DNA of 59,788 nucleotides, the filler included, from Sphacelaria rigidula (taxonomy: Eukaryota): NCBI GenBank assembly GCA_964200075.2. It is 5 parts of 5 records of this genome, joined end to end, with 100 filler letters (N's around TTAATTAATTAA, not from the genome) between each part and the next. Parts side by side here need not be neighbours in the genome. Positions count along the whole stretch, not along the records: positions 35,938 to 47,813 come from CAXNAA020004388.1; positions 47,914 to 59,788 come from CAXNAA020004389.1; 3 more parts are not named here. One strand, given 5' to 3'. Made by a program: the position numbers and the translations under genes. Numbering within the stretch: the first letter of the stretch is position 1; each line of letters opens with the position of its first letter. Shown in pieces: positions 37,560 to 50,509 of this stretch. The notes under the pieces were generated by a model. It did no database searches. It had not been told where the DNA came from and saw nothing but the letters and a program-made list of their open reading frames with translations.

Positions 37560-39790
37560 CATGGCCTCGACGCTCAGCAAATCTCCTGTCGTACTGGTGT
37601 TCTTAGTACGCCTTCTACACGAGTTGGGACGGGCGAGCAATGTCCCACTAAATCATGCGCTTCGTCGACCTGTAGATGGCCTACGGTTCCGTCGACTGCA
37701 TACTCCTGTGGGAAGTGCTTGCCCCTTTCGGAGTCCCACCGCGAATGGTCGCAATTATCCGTATTTTTCACGGTGGCATGCGGCTTGGGTACGGTCGGAT
37801 GATGGCGAAGTATCAGCATGGCTCCACGTCTGCCAGGGACTCCGATAAGGGTGCGTTTCGTCCCCGCTGTTGTTCAACATATCCGACGCAGCCTTGGCCG
37901 ACATGTTCGTACAGCGGTTCGCGGCGAACTCAGCCATCGTTTCAGACTTGGTATTTTTAGGTGATGGACCGTCAGGCGACGATGGTGATTATATGGAAGA
38001 GACGCCGCTGGAGAAGGTATGACGCGCGGTGTGAGCAATTCTTCATGCCGATGACGCTGGCGTTGTCTCGAGGTCGCCAGACGGCCTTGCTAGAATGATG
38101 GCCGTGATAGTGGTGACCTGTCACGAGTTCCAATTGACGGCATTGGAGAGCAAGACAGAGTCCATGCGCCTGTGGTTTGTACACTGCCACACCTCCCTGC
38201 ACATCAGCGCGGCGGATCAACGATATACGCAGACGCCCGAGTTGGTCTCTACCCTAGCGGTGCTTTCAGCGCGGATGCGGGAATGCTCATCTAAATTAAC
38301 CGCCGCATCAGCGCTGCTTGTGCACGCCTCCGAATGTATATTTCCCAACTTGGTGGTCGACACAACGCCCAGCTACCTCTGAAAATCCGGCTGCTCATAA
38401 CAGAGGTGGTGGAATCTCTTTTGTATCGATGTGCTGCATGAACGCTGCGTTCCGAGGACTTTGACAGTCTGCGCACTGCCCACCACAAGCTTTTGCCCCG
38501 AGTGGTTGGATTTCCACGGGAAAGGCCGAATGGGCTACAAGCTCTTTCGTACAGAGCTGTGCTCGAGATGGCGAACGTATCGATATGAACTTCCACAAGC
38601 GTTAACTCTAGTTCGCGGGGGCCCTTGACCGGCAGGATGAAGCACGAAATGCATCATGCACGGACGGTTAGCAGCACAAGGGTCTGGGAGGGCTGACCGC
38701 CCCTCCAAGTACTGGGTGGACAACCTCAAGGAGATCCCACGTGCACTAAGGGCTCTTCGACGTAGAGAAGTACGACGGAGATGGTTGATCCACGGTTTGG
38801 GGGTGAACGCCGTACGCGGTTAGGTAACTGCGGTGCAGAACATGAGAAAATGACAGCCTCATGTCGAGAAAGGAGAGGAAGAGTTCCCAGATTCATGGTG
38901 ATTCGAAGACAAGCGCGAATCGGACCTTCGCCACAAAGGAAAGGCTGCTTCGTCAAGGACCGCGAATCGGAGTGCTGCGACCGCTAACATATCGGTAGCA
39001 ACAGGTTTCGAAGAATCCAGGATGAAAATGACCGAGATTAATGGCCCGCTTTGTTGCCTACTAGGTATGAATGGGGACAGTGGGCTGACACGGAAATCGA
39101 TGTACCCATCTTTTTCGTATCGGTTGTTGATCTTGTACTTGGTCGGCCGTCGTACTGTGTTCCCTGCTTGTGTGTTTGTATCCCCTCTCCTGTACTGTAC
39201 CCTCGGGCTTCACCACTTCTGTAGTCTCCTTCTGTTCACTTTCTTGCCCCATTTCTCTTGTGTTGTTCCCTTACGGTCTATTCCAGGCGCAGTTTGGTGC
39301 CTCGCTTACTCAGGCTTAACCCTTTTGAAAACCCGTTGATGATTTTTGTCTTGTGAATCGCCATCGTCTTCAGTCATTTTCAAGTCAAAATGATGCCGAT
39401 TCACGAAAACAAAATTCATCAATGGGTCCCAAAAGGGTTCACGGGGTAGAGCTCATACCCAAAATGGTTTGGCCGAAATCGGTGAGCCGCAATATGTTCT
39501 CATGGGCTTTTGTTGTTTTTGTTTGAGTATGAATGCGTATGCTTTTTGCGCATGACCTTTTTTCACCTCAAGCCATGTTGTATAGGCTGACCATTTTCAG
39601 TTTTTGTTGCCTTTATCTGGTGCTGTTTCCTTGTTTTTCTCTGTGTGTACTCTGCACTACCTTTCTGTGTTCTTCACTTCCCCTCAGCGAGTGTGTCCCT
39701 TTTGTTTCATCTCGGGTACGTCGAACATGCGACCACGGCTAGATCCCTGCGGGATTCATTGATGTGAGACAATCAATTGAATCAATCAAC
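37560..39790 (+). mobile_element. Decayed RTE-type LINE with reverse transcriptase pseudogene
   Basis: Frameshifted RT motifs: AYGSVDCILLWEVLAPFGVPPRMVAIIRIFHGGM, QGLR.GC..SPLLFNI, HADDAGVVSRSPDGLARMMAVIV; T-rich UTR; AATCAATCAA tail; 5' boundary approximate. Confidence 0.85.
39320..39437. mobile_element. piggyBac-like MITE inserted in LINE 3' UTR
   Basis: TTAA|CCCTTTTGAAAACCCGTTGATGA ... TCATCAATGGGTCCCAAAAGGG|TTCA. Confidence 0.72.
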
Positions 39791-42700
39791 CGACTGTCGT
39801 TCTCGTGCTTCACGTGCTCTTGTACGGTAGTGCAAAAGTACACGACAATAGATGGGCGTAGATGGCAGATGGGCGTTGTCGTCTTCGCATTCCGTAGGCC
39901 CGGGTGCCGTATTGGCGGCGCTTGTCATGTTTGTTGTACGTTTGGAGAGCACTTCGCCGTGCTGTTTCCGTGGTCTTCACATTTTGGCTGGACCCACGTT
40001 GCGCCCTCTTCGGATGGTTGTTCATCAATAGGACGAGGGTAAAGCAGGCGTTGTCGCCTTTGAATTCCACTGGTGTCACCGACTGAGTGGCAGCATCAAT
40101 TTGAGTCGCGTGCGCTGAATTGGCGAAGAGAGCCTCGTAGTTGCGGCCGCGCTGGGCCCTAAACTTCGACGAGAGACGGTTCCATGCACACCAAAAGCAT
40201 GACCGATCGTGTGGTGATTATTCCTAGCAATTGCAAACGAAGTATCAGATATGACTAGTGGCAAGGGTCCAGCTATGGAATCACGGTGGGTGTCGGCGAA
40301 GAATCGCATGCACCCAAGAAACACAGAAACCGGAAAACTCAACGTTGAATGGTACGCACGGCGGATGTTAAAATGCTCGCCGGAGCACCAGCGATACCGA
40401 CACGTAACAGTGACCAGGCGCTACGAGGCCTGCTCGGGACACACGCGATCCCACGGGCCTCCATCCCTGTACGCAGAATCCGGTCAAAAGTAAAACTGGA
40501 CGTACAATTAATGGGAAAAGTGCGCTAAAATCCTCGTGAAAAATATAGCAAGTCTTTCCGAGGAGGCCAAATCCGCCAAGGCCCGTATTCCGCCAATAAT
40601 CCGTGATGAAAGGTTCAAAAGGGCAGTTATCAGGGATATTTGTTTTTAGTCTATATGAAGCAGCCTCAGAGGCCAAACGTCTCAACGCCAGAACTTGCAG
40701 CGTGTTAGTCCCGCAATAACCGATCCGCAGTTGGTTATCGGAAGGGTATCACAACCTCTGGGCTCGGTTCTTCCATCTTTCGAGGGCCTCCAGCCCCCTC
40801 GGTGTGTGAGGAATACTATTTTGCACAATGTCGAGCGCCACTTTTGTTTCGTTCCCGTTGAAAGAATTCGTTCCCGTTTTTCAGGCCCTCCTGTTTAAGG
40901 CTGATCTCAGCTCACGGCGCGAATCTCGCACCCCTCGATGCATGTTCGTGTAGGGGAGATGAGTTCATGACCTCTCCTTTGTCATATGAGCAGCCATCAT
41001 GTTCTGCAGCATGCTGAAATCAATGTCACGCTTTCAGTCGACTGGAGAAACGCCGCAGATCCTCAATGAAACACGATACGTTACGTTCATTTTCCCACCG
41101 ACCTTAACTAACTTTGTCTTTTATTATCTTCTCTCTTCCTTTCTTTCGGTGTACATTTTTGACAGATGTGGAGTTTGTTGTTTGTGTGTTTGTTTCTTTT
41201 TCTTTCTTTTCTCTCACGGTTGAATTCGGGGGAGCTACTTCTCATCGGTTTTCGTGGCGTCTCTCTTCTCATTTTTTTTTTTTTAGTAATGTGTCTTGTA
41301 GTGAATAGCAGGAAACGGTATTGGAAAGGCGTGCCTACGTCTGTGACCACGGGTTCGCGAGATCGGACTAATGTGCGGAAATAAAAATAATAATAGAAAA
41401 CTATAGCGCGAGTCTTGCTCCACTCGATGCATCTTTTTGTGGGCAAGATGATTTTGGGAGCTCTTATATCTTCTTAGCATGTATTGTCCCCTGCGGCGTG
41501 CGCATATCGCCGTTGCGCTAGCGCCAGACGAGAGAAACGCCGAACCTTCCACTGACTCTGGATTAAATACGACCCTGTTGCGGTCATTTTTATGACAATG
41601 GGTCACCTCTTGATTAATCGATTCCCAAGAGCTGATCTCAGGCCACAGTGCGAGCCTCGTGCCGCTTGATGCATTCCTGTGTGGGCAATATGACTTTGAT
41701 CCTTAGTGTTATTTTAGCAGCTATCGTTTCCTGCTGCACGCAAAAATCGCTTTTTGCTCTCTCAGATGGAATCCGCTGTAGATGACAAATCAAACACAAG
41801 CCTGTTCGAGATAAGATGTTCGACCTTGCGATCCGCGTCTCAAGCTCCAAGCCCACCTGCCGTGGATCCTACATTGTATACAGCGCCATTACGGATCGCC
41901 TGGGCGGCAGCTACGGCTCTTGCAGCCCTACGAGACGTTTGGAAACGCAGATACTCACCACACGCCCGGCAGCCCTTCGGGTGGCTCAAGCATGTGCTGC
42001 GGCATAGAATCGGGAAAGATGAGTTTCCACCTCAACAATAACACCCAAAGAAGACACAACGGCTGCATACCCATCACGTGCCTTTTTCAACTTTGTGTAA
42101 ATGGACAGCACTGTGCTTCCGCCCCAACTCCGCACAGATCTGAAACACAAACGCAGTACAACAGCTGAGGTGATGCCCATCGCAGATCAAGCCCTCCTCG
42201 CAGAGTCCAAGTGCACCACAGTAAAGCGGCAACAACAGTACATGAATGATGGGTATGGGCACGAAGCACCTTGTGGGCGTCAAGAGAGATAACAGCCAAC
42301 AGAGTGATGCCACGGTAGGGGTGCGCATTTTTGGCCGAACGCTGTCTGAGGTTGCATTTTTGCCCCCTAAATATTTCTCATGAAGGGGCTTGGAATGTAA
42401 AGTACGTCAGGAAATGTATGTGCACCCGCTTTCGTGGCACCACTCAACACATTGTGACGTTTGGACAGTGTGTATAGAGGACTGACTGCGTTTCCACTAC
42501 AACTGCCATATCTGCAAGATCCCAGCGCAAAACAAAACATCTTCGCGGGGATCGAACACACCACACTCCAGCGTCAGCTGCGGTACAGGAATGATGGGTC
42601 TGGGCTTGAAGCGTCTTGTCCTATGCGAAAGACACAGCATCCATCAAACACGTCGTGGCGTGTCGAGGGTGGGAAGACAGCACTTCGTGCCGGCCACGAT

Positions 42701-43923
42701 CATTGTGCACAGAGCGGAACACAGCAATCGTACAGCAGCTCAGGCAACGCCAGCGGAAACCAAACCGTCTTCGCAAAGCATACCACAGTACACGAACACC
42801 TGAAGCACATGGGAGCGGGTGTGAGCGTGCTCTGCAGTACAGCAAACGATGGCACGTCCCATATTCAGTTCTTCACCTGATGTGAACGATATTCACTTTT
42901 TGCCGGGCGTTCAAAGTCGGCCACCCGACTTGAAGGTCTGGCCAATATTGAAGACGTGTTCAAACTTTTCGGGTCACTCTCGTTCGAAATCGTCACTAAC
43001 TTTGTTCCACAAGAGTGTTTACAACTAGCTGTTCAAAACCTGGCGCGGTTTTGACTATGAACGGTTCGTATGACAGTTGGTGCGACAGTTTTTTGTTTTT
43101 CATCTTCGTTCACATCGCGTCAGAAAACAGTTGGCGATTGAAATCGGACAACAATTTTGGTGATCTTGTCCCATGACACTTGGTCTAAGATGCGGCTTGT
43201 CGCACTCCGTTCAAAATGGGCGCTACTCTGATTTTGAACGGTTCCCGAAGGAGGTGGTCACTGGTCCTCCTACGAGCTGAACCAGCAGTAAATCCCACAT
43301 TCGCAGTTCACACAATTTCTCAAGCTTCCCAAATCAGCTCGACTTGAGCATATCGCTGTGAAGTGCAGACCACCCCGGTGACGCGCGCTTCCGCCGTTGG
43401 TCGATTGGCGCAGTTTTCGCGGTAGTGTTTTTGTACTGCAGTGAGTACCGGGTATGTCTCATGTCGTTGCGTGATAGCGTGTTTGGAGACGTGTCGTTTC
43501 CAAAATGGAAATGAATAAAGCCAAAATATTTTTCGGTACGCTCGGGTTATTGCTCGTCCAGCGTGCACATGTGCTCTTGTCGCGCGTTTGAAACTTAATG
43601 AGGGGTGTCTCTACTTCATAGTGCTTCAGATATTTCACTGAAAATTCCTAAAAAATGCCCCTTGGCACTACATCGTGCGCCCGATCTTGTGTGGAACCAG
43701 CGTGAAATCGCTTATATGCCATTTGGCTTTGCGCCGGCTGTTTAACTCAACCCGGCACTACTTCGAGTCCGGCACCTCGTTCTGTGACTGCAAGTGCCAT
43801 CTGCACAGCGGTAAATATCGTAACGTGTCCCGTAATACACAAGTATACCACATCATACACTGCCGTACCGTAAGATGCTGGCTTGCCACGCTATTCGTGT
43901 ATCTGTCTCGCAGAACGCTACAG

Positions 43924-43954
43924 GCAGTACCTACAGTGTACACAGCACGAGCAG
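43924..43954 (+). CDS. Possible 31-nt upstream micro-exon of the aldo/keto reductase
   Basis: CTACAG|AVPTVYTARA|GTTAGT; phase 1 joins to give AVPTVYTARAVPRIGFGT. Confidence 0.35.
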
Positions 43955-44370
43955 GTTAGTGGAATTCTTGCTGCAACATCTACCTTTGCACTGTAACTAA
44001 GCGCATGTGCGTGTATCGTTGCACGCCAATTCATGAGGTACACCCACTCAAGAAGACGTGGCACAGTATAGTACGGTCCAGTGTAGTGTAGAGTCACTGG
44101 ATAGCGAAGTTGGGCCATGGCATTGACTATGCATTGCTGTTGTCGTGTACTGTCCGGCAGTCGGCAACAAAAGAGCTGTGAGGTTTCCGAGACTAATGCG
44201 GGTACATTCACCGTTTGATGGCGCGCTAAGTACACTCATCGCGGGACACCAATACATAATGGGGTAGTGCACACGCTCGGCTTGGTACTACACCGTCAGA
44301 TAAGTGACCCACCTCTCGCTATTGTCACCCTCAACCTGTGAACATACACGTCATGTTTTTCGTCGTGAAG

Positions 44371-44471
44371 TGCCCAGGATCGGGTTCGGTACGGCCGGCC
44401 TCGGCCATTCCTCGGAAGAGGCGGTGCGGCTCGCCCTCATGGCAGGCTACCAACACATCGACACAGCACAG
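44371..44471 (+). CDS. Aldo/keto reductase exon (not in ORF track in this frame)
   Basis: PRIGFGTAGLGHSSEEAVRLALMAGYQHIDTAQ, classic AKR N-terminus with catalytic Asp; donor CAG|GTTGGT. Confidence 0.85.
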
Positions 44472-45028
44472 GTTGGTTGAACTAAGCGGAGGATGCGGCG
44501 ACTTGAATGCTGTCAACCCCTTCCCGTGTCGGTGCCCTCGTTTGATGAGAGTAGGGCGCTATCTGGAATCTACCTTTCCACTCGACACCGACGCCTCGAG
44601 CGCAGGTGCCACAGTTTCGAACTCTTGTACAACCCCCTGCCCCCCCCCCCCCTCACTCCAGTCAGATCACGATTTTTCTTCTCAAGTCGGTATTCGGTCG
44701 TGCAAATCGTTGACTTCCAAGGTTCGGTTGAGCTGGAGTTTTCGGTCTTTATCCGGTAAGGAAATGAAATCTGTGTGATGTGTGATACAAGAGAAATGTA
44801 TGACTTACGTATGAGAACGCAAGATGTCCATGGATGTGTCACGTTGATGACAAAAAACAGGAGTATGCGACGCAAAGGTGACCATATTAATGAAATTATC
44901 AAAGAGTGTGCACAATTCTCGCCAGAATTTCAAACGTGTGAACCCTCCGGCACCTGGATGGGTGATTTATCTAAAATTTCTCGCGTGATCATCTGCTTTT
45001 GCACTCGAGCGCTCAAGCCACGGTTATA

Positions 45029-45636
45029 CTTCCTCTGTGCCATAAATAAAGGTCCTTATGATTGCACGGGCCCGTGACGGTGCGATATTTGAATTTCGAC
45101 CTTTTTAATGCATTTGTCGGCGTTTTTTTTTAGCTAAAACCAACATCATTTCTACAACGTGGGTGCTTGACCGGTGCAGCCGCGCGGTCGAGAAAAAATA
45201 GGTCGCTCCAAAAACGGCCACTATTCGCTTGTTTTCTCAGGAAAGCATGAGAGACCCGGGAACACGGAAGATCACGAAAAATGGGCCAGAAAATGTGAAT
45301 ATCGCGAAACCACCATAAATTTTGGACTTGTCTGTGATGTTAACCTACGCACACCCCATGCAACATTCTGTTAACATGTAACTGATAGTGCTCGACGTAA
45401 AAACGTCCAAAACCGGTCAATGATGGGGGTAAAAATGGATCAAAAAGGGTCAAAATGGGGGTATAATTCGACATAACTTTAGAGATTGAAACAAGTGTTT
45501 TTTTTCGGGGGGTTTCTTCGTCAGCTTCGTCAGCGCTTTGCCTCTCTAGCGAACCCAACCATGGGATGATCGTCGACGTTGAAATACCCACACAATAAAA
45601 CGCCCATAAGGACCTTTACTTATGGCACAGTTGAAG
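45029..45636. mobile_element. Stowaway-like Tc1/mariner MITE in AKR intron
   Basis: TA|CTTCCTCTGTGCCATAAATAAAGGTCCTTATG ... CATAAGGACCTTTACTTATGGCACAGTTGAAG|TA. Confidence 0.8.
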
Positions 45637-46775
45637 TACAGGTATGCGGTATGTGGACTTGCGTAGATGTCTTGATGCGTACGAAATACAGCACACACTT
45701 TATTTCTTTATTTTTCGAAGTTGGGGGTTCATCTTTTGTTCCTGGAGATACTGTTGTTCTGTCCGGTGGACTTTCCACATAACCACGCAGTATCAGATAT
45801 GGTACTCTGACAGTGCCTTCCCATCATATGTTTGAAGTGGAGTGTGTACCAAATATCAAAGGACACCAAATCACCGAACCAAGGAGCCAACGACACAAGC
45901 ATCGCATTGGGACAGTCTACCACATATTTTATTCGTGTGCTCCGATGTACTAACTGCTATACTGTACTGCCGTGTACGGACTCGAATTCGGCACAGCTCG
46001 GGAAGACATGCTACCTATGTAGCCCTCATACCCTCCCATCCCTGTCGTAAATTGTACACGAAGAATTCAAGACCATAAATGCATGCTTGGATACACAGAA
46101 ACGAAGATGAAGATGAAGAAGTCTAAGCCCCGGGTGTCCCGCCCCCGAGCTTTCTACTATTCCCCCAAACTCTCACCCACATACCGCGGCATTTTGTCTT
46201 TGCCGTCTACTGTTCTTTACCATCACAGTCGTTTGCATGCGAACGCTGAAGGCGCTGTCTTGGTTGCTATCCAGGACAGAACGAAGGTCGAGAAGCACTC
46301 GCGCGATTCACGCTGACGACAGCTGGATGAGCACAATTTTCTTGGCTACGCTGAACCATGTTGTGGTCTGCTGTATGTTTTCATTTTGTGATTGCGTAGC
46401 TACAGAACACTTGAGGTGCGCCGAGCCCGCGCGTCATCAGTGAAAAGTTACAACCGTACAATGTGCCGCCAGCCAACAATGTTCCCTTGAATTCAATATT
46501 TATCCAAAGATGGAATAGCGACTTTTCAATGACGAAGGTATGGCAGTTCAGCGTGATGAATGACGGTGTCATGCCGTCCTAAAAACATGAAAGTATCATA
46601 TACGACACAAGAAGCGAATATGACTCTTTTTCACATGACTACCTCGTGAGATTTGTTCACCACACTATGCCTTAGCTTGTTACGGCATTATGTTGAGTTC
46701 TGCGCAGACTTACGTTATTTTACCCTGAGTCGTCGAAGATACTCATTTACCGGTTCACCATGCGGTTGTGTACAG

Positions 46776-47090
46776 GCCCAAGAATGGTATCGAGAGGATG
46801 CCGTGGGCCGGGCACTAACCCAGGCACTGGAAGAGTCCCAGCGACAGACCGACGAGGGCACGCCAAGTGTACCGGACGAACAGCCAGCTAGAGAAGGACA
46901 CGAAGACATTGCCCGAGCAACGGCCGAACGCAGCAGTGATGTCAACGGAGGCAGCGCTTGTGCTACTGCTGTGTCGAATTTGCCGCACATATCCCGAGAC
47001 GATATTTTCGTGACAACAAAGGTCCACCCGAGGGACTTTGCGGCAGACCGGTTGCGGGAGATGGTGCAGACTTCGAGGGAAACCCTGAAT
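46776..47090 (+). CDS. Aldo/keto reductase next exon; gene continues beyond contig
   Basis: AQEWYREDAVGRAL...SRDDIFVTTKVHPRDF...SRETLN, catalytic Tyr and Lys; acceptor TACAG|, donor AAT|GTATGA, phase 0. Confidence 0.87.
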
Positions 47091-47813
47091 GTATGATGAT
47101 GTGCAATGTACCAGCGTTCTCGCAATATTTCGCCATGACGTATGTGATGAGTTTCGGTGGACGGCGTTCGGGGCCGACTGTGCCCATCGTACTTGTTGCT
47201 TTTTTCTGGTTCCTCCGTATGTTCTCGTGTGATAGCACGGCGAGATGAATCGATCGCCGACCGTATGGGCACTCGTTCACGGCATCGTGTATCATGGGAC
47301 CCACGCCCGTGATGTACATGGTGAAAGCAACGTGAGCGGTTAGCTTTTCGTTTGAACCAAAATGAGCACGAAATACATCGAGCGCAGGGACTTTTTTTTG
47401 TATACATATCGTCGATTCCCGCCAACGGCCGCAGACCTCACCTTCATGTGTTCATGTCGGGGCCGGATGGCCGGATGGACGTCGTTTTTTTAATGGTGGG
47501 ATGTGCGGTTCACTTAGACGGGTGAGCCAATACTAATGAAGTTTTGGTCTTGCTACTTGACACTTTTTGATAAAAACATGTTTTATAGTCACACTCCCCC
47601 CCTCCCCTGCTTCGGTAAGACACCCATGAGGCAGTGTATAAGCTATTGCTGTCTCTGGAAGTGGCGATACCACAAAATGGAGCAACTCATTGTAGCCTGT
47701 CATCCAAATGCAAGACAATTAGTAGGCTCCGGGCCGAACAATCTTAGCAGGATGCAGCCCACCCTCCATGCGACTCACCGAACACAGCACGGCGCTTCGC
47801 GCTTGGTGATTGA

Positions 47814-47913
47814 NNNNNNNNNNNNNNNNNNNNNNNNNNNNNNNNNNNNNNNNNNNNTTAATTAATTAANNNNNNNNNNNNNNNNNNNNNNNNNNNNNNN
47901 NNNNNNNNNNNNN
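47814..47913. other. Artificial contig-joining linker
   Basis: Same N44-TTAATTAATTAA-N44 structure. Confidence 0.97.
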
Positions 47914-48775
47914 AGCCCAGCCGCACAGCGTGAATCGCTTTTTCTTCGTCAACGTCTACATCATTCTCACTTGTTCCACGATACTCGACACTTGTGATAT
48001 TTGTTTGAATATTCTCTGCTGCTTCCTTCCTTGCGGTATGTGAGTAAAAGGGTTAAGTGGGGTTGGTGCTGTGGGTGACGCCCGCAACTACTGCCACTTT
48101 TCGTGTTCTTGACTGCTGATGTTGAGAAGGACGGTGAATGTGGGGTGGAACGTAGTGGGCGTGTGCTTCCCGAGTGCATCAGCTAAACAATACAAGCACA
48201 CAACAATATTTCAGTGCAGTCGCTGGAGTAACTACATTTGCGGGACACCGACCACTCGCAGGCTTGTAAATATGTACTCGAGTTCGAGTTTATTTCATAT
48301 GAGCGAGATCGTTATTCGGAGATGACGTCTGTATTTGTGATGGATACGATTGGCTCGATTACGGGTCATTTTTTCTGCAGTGGATAGTGGTTGGTCCATT
48401 TTACAGATATATAGTGCCCCAAATCGGCCCCCATTCACCCCCATAACTGTACTGTCTTTCCTATACTCATGTCGCTACGGCTGCACTGTCTTTTCTGTAT
48501 TACTACCGCTGTAATGCCCCGTCCACTTCACTGGCTGTACTACGGCAGCTGTACCGTTATCGTTCACTTTTTCATCAAGGACCAAAATGCAGTTTTTGTA
48601 GTTACATGTCCACCTCTGCATTTCGAACGAAACAAATTAATCAGTAGCGATTTCAAGTTATGTGCGTACGAAAGCAGAGCGCAGAAAGCAAAAAGCAGCC
48701 AACACCACGTTTCCTGCCGCAGTCAGTCCAGATACAACGACAGTACAAACATTTTGCAATCCTTCAGGGTGAAAA

Positions 48776-49089
48776 TTGAGTCGGTGGTGTCTGCCTCGGA
48801 TACTTGGAGATGCCATAGAGATGTCGACGCCCGAGCACATTCTCTGGAACTTTTCTGCCAGCCTCAGCCTCAGCCTCAGCCTCAGCCTCAGCCTCCGAGC
48901 CGGGATCGAGTCGGGAACCGAGGGGGGTCTTGCCCCAGTACATGAAAATAATGAAATTAGTGTGATTGCAATCGTTCCCCCGTGTCTGCTGTTTGCTGTG
49001 CTTTCTGCTACGTTTCCATTTGTGTTTGACGACCAAGGCTTGAGCACGGTGGTACTGGCACAAGCATCCAAGGGCCCGTCATTCCCCAC
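48776..49089 (+). CDS. MOT2/MFSD5-like transporter, first visible exon (5' boundary uncertain)
   Basis: Hydrophobic ISVIAIVPPCLLFAVLSATFPFVF; donor AC|GTGAGC in phase with the next exon; frame problem at 5' end (see findings). Confidence 0.55.
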
Positions 49090-49699
49090 GTGAGCACTCA
49101 TTCCGTTGTTTGGTAGGCAAAACATGTTCTTCGCAACATCGTTTGTCCATCTTTCTCTACTCTACACTACTGCTATTACATACTTCGCGTATAAACACAC
49201 GAGAGTCATGTGCCATACGTGGTGCTCTGCAAAGCTTAGCGTCGTATCGTGTGCCAATAACGTCGTGTGTAGTTCGAAACAAGGCATGCATTCCCAGTGT
49301 GTACAGTTCTGAAACATTAACTAGCATGTACCCAAACCTGACGTACGACGAGCCCAAGGTTCGCATAATCGCAACGTCCCTTCACCCATGCGAAGAGCTT
49401 ATTCTGCAGTTTTGGGTATCTTCTATAGTGTCGAAACCGGCTCTTGTGGCATACGCTGTTTGGAGCTCTGCAATCAACGCGTATCTGTTACCCCACGCTT
49501 GGTGTGGTGTTGTTGAGTTGTCTGTTACTGTGACGCGTCTAAACCATGGCAAGCACGATGCATGTAAATTATAACAGTTTTCACCCCCTCCACCGTGGGT
49601 TACCATGGGTCATAGCCGCCAAACGACCTACTCCAGCCGCCAACATGCTGCATCCCTTTCTGCCTTGTTCTATCGATGGTGCCGTGCTTGCTCTGACAG

Positions 49700-49819
49700 G
49701 ATGCTGTGTCTGATTCTCGTGTTTGAAGCATGCATCGGGCTGTTTACGCCAGCGATTGCTACGTGCAGAGCGAGGTACATCGCTGATGACGTACGGGGCA
49801 CCGTCATGGGACTTCTGAG
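49700..49819 (+). CDS. MOT2/MFSD5-like molybdate-anion transporter exon
   Basis: MLCLILVFEACIGLFTPAIATCRARYIADDVRGTVMGLLR matches family motif FE.C.G.Y.P....RS.YIP...R...M..FRVP. Confidence 0.85.
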
Positions 49820-49909
49820 GTACGAACGCGTAATGGTTGTTGCGGTTCTTATTCGGTCATTGCAGGCACAAGGCACGCTATTAATATTACTATTCCACTA
49901 CTCGTGGTA

Positions 49910-50509
49910 AAGTCGACACCGCTTTAAGGACACCAACATTGAGGACACTCTCTGCTTATAAGACTTTTTTTTCAAAAGCAAGGTGCCCCGCAGATGATGA
50001 ACGTACAGAGGGAATATAGAATAAAACCGCGGAACCGCCTAGAAAATGAAAACTCGCCGCATGCATACGTCAGCGTACTGCATCTGCTGTGTACGAAAAA
50101 CACCCACACAGAGAGGGGTGTGGTGCTGCACTTGCTGCACCTGCTTTTTGCGGGCACAGAATGATAAGGTTCCTTCCATCTACGGGTCCGCTATCTGTGC
50201 CTGGCACAAAGCCATGCGAAGAACCCACGTGCACGATGCCGGGTCTCATCATGTCCGTGCACCAGTGCCCGTGCGGTCGATGGCTGTTGCAAAACTCTTG
50301 TCGCTGACTTGGTGACAGCCTTTTGTTATATCCAGAAACATAACATGATGCCCAGCAAGTTGTCTGCCTTTTCTCTCTTCGTCCCATGGGACGCCTCCAT
50401 TAACCCCGGGGATGGCGAGTTATGATCCCCTGAGTCGTAATGACACTTCCCCGGGATAGGGACACCTGGAAAAAAAAACCCATGTGTGTCCTTAATGCGG
50501 GGTCGACTG
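49910..50509. mobile_element. pogo-like (Tc1/mariner) MITE in intron
   Basis: AAGTCGACACCGCTTTAAGGACAC versus GTGTCCTTAATGCGGGGTCGACTG; TA on left, TT on right. Confidence 0.62.
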
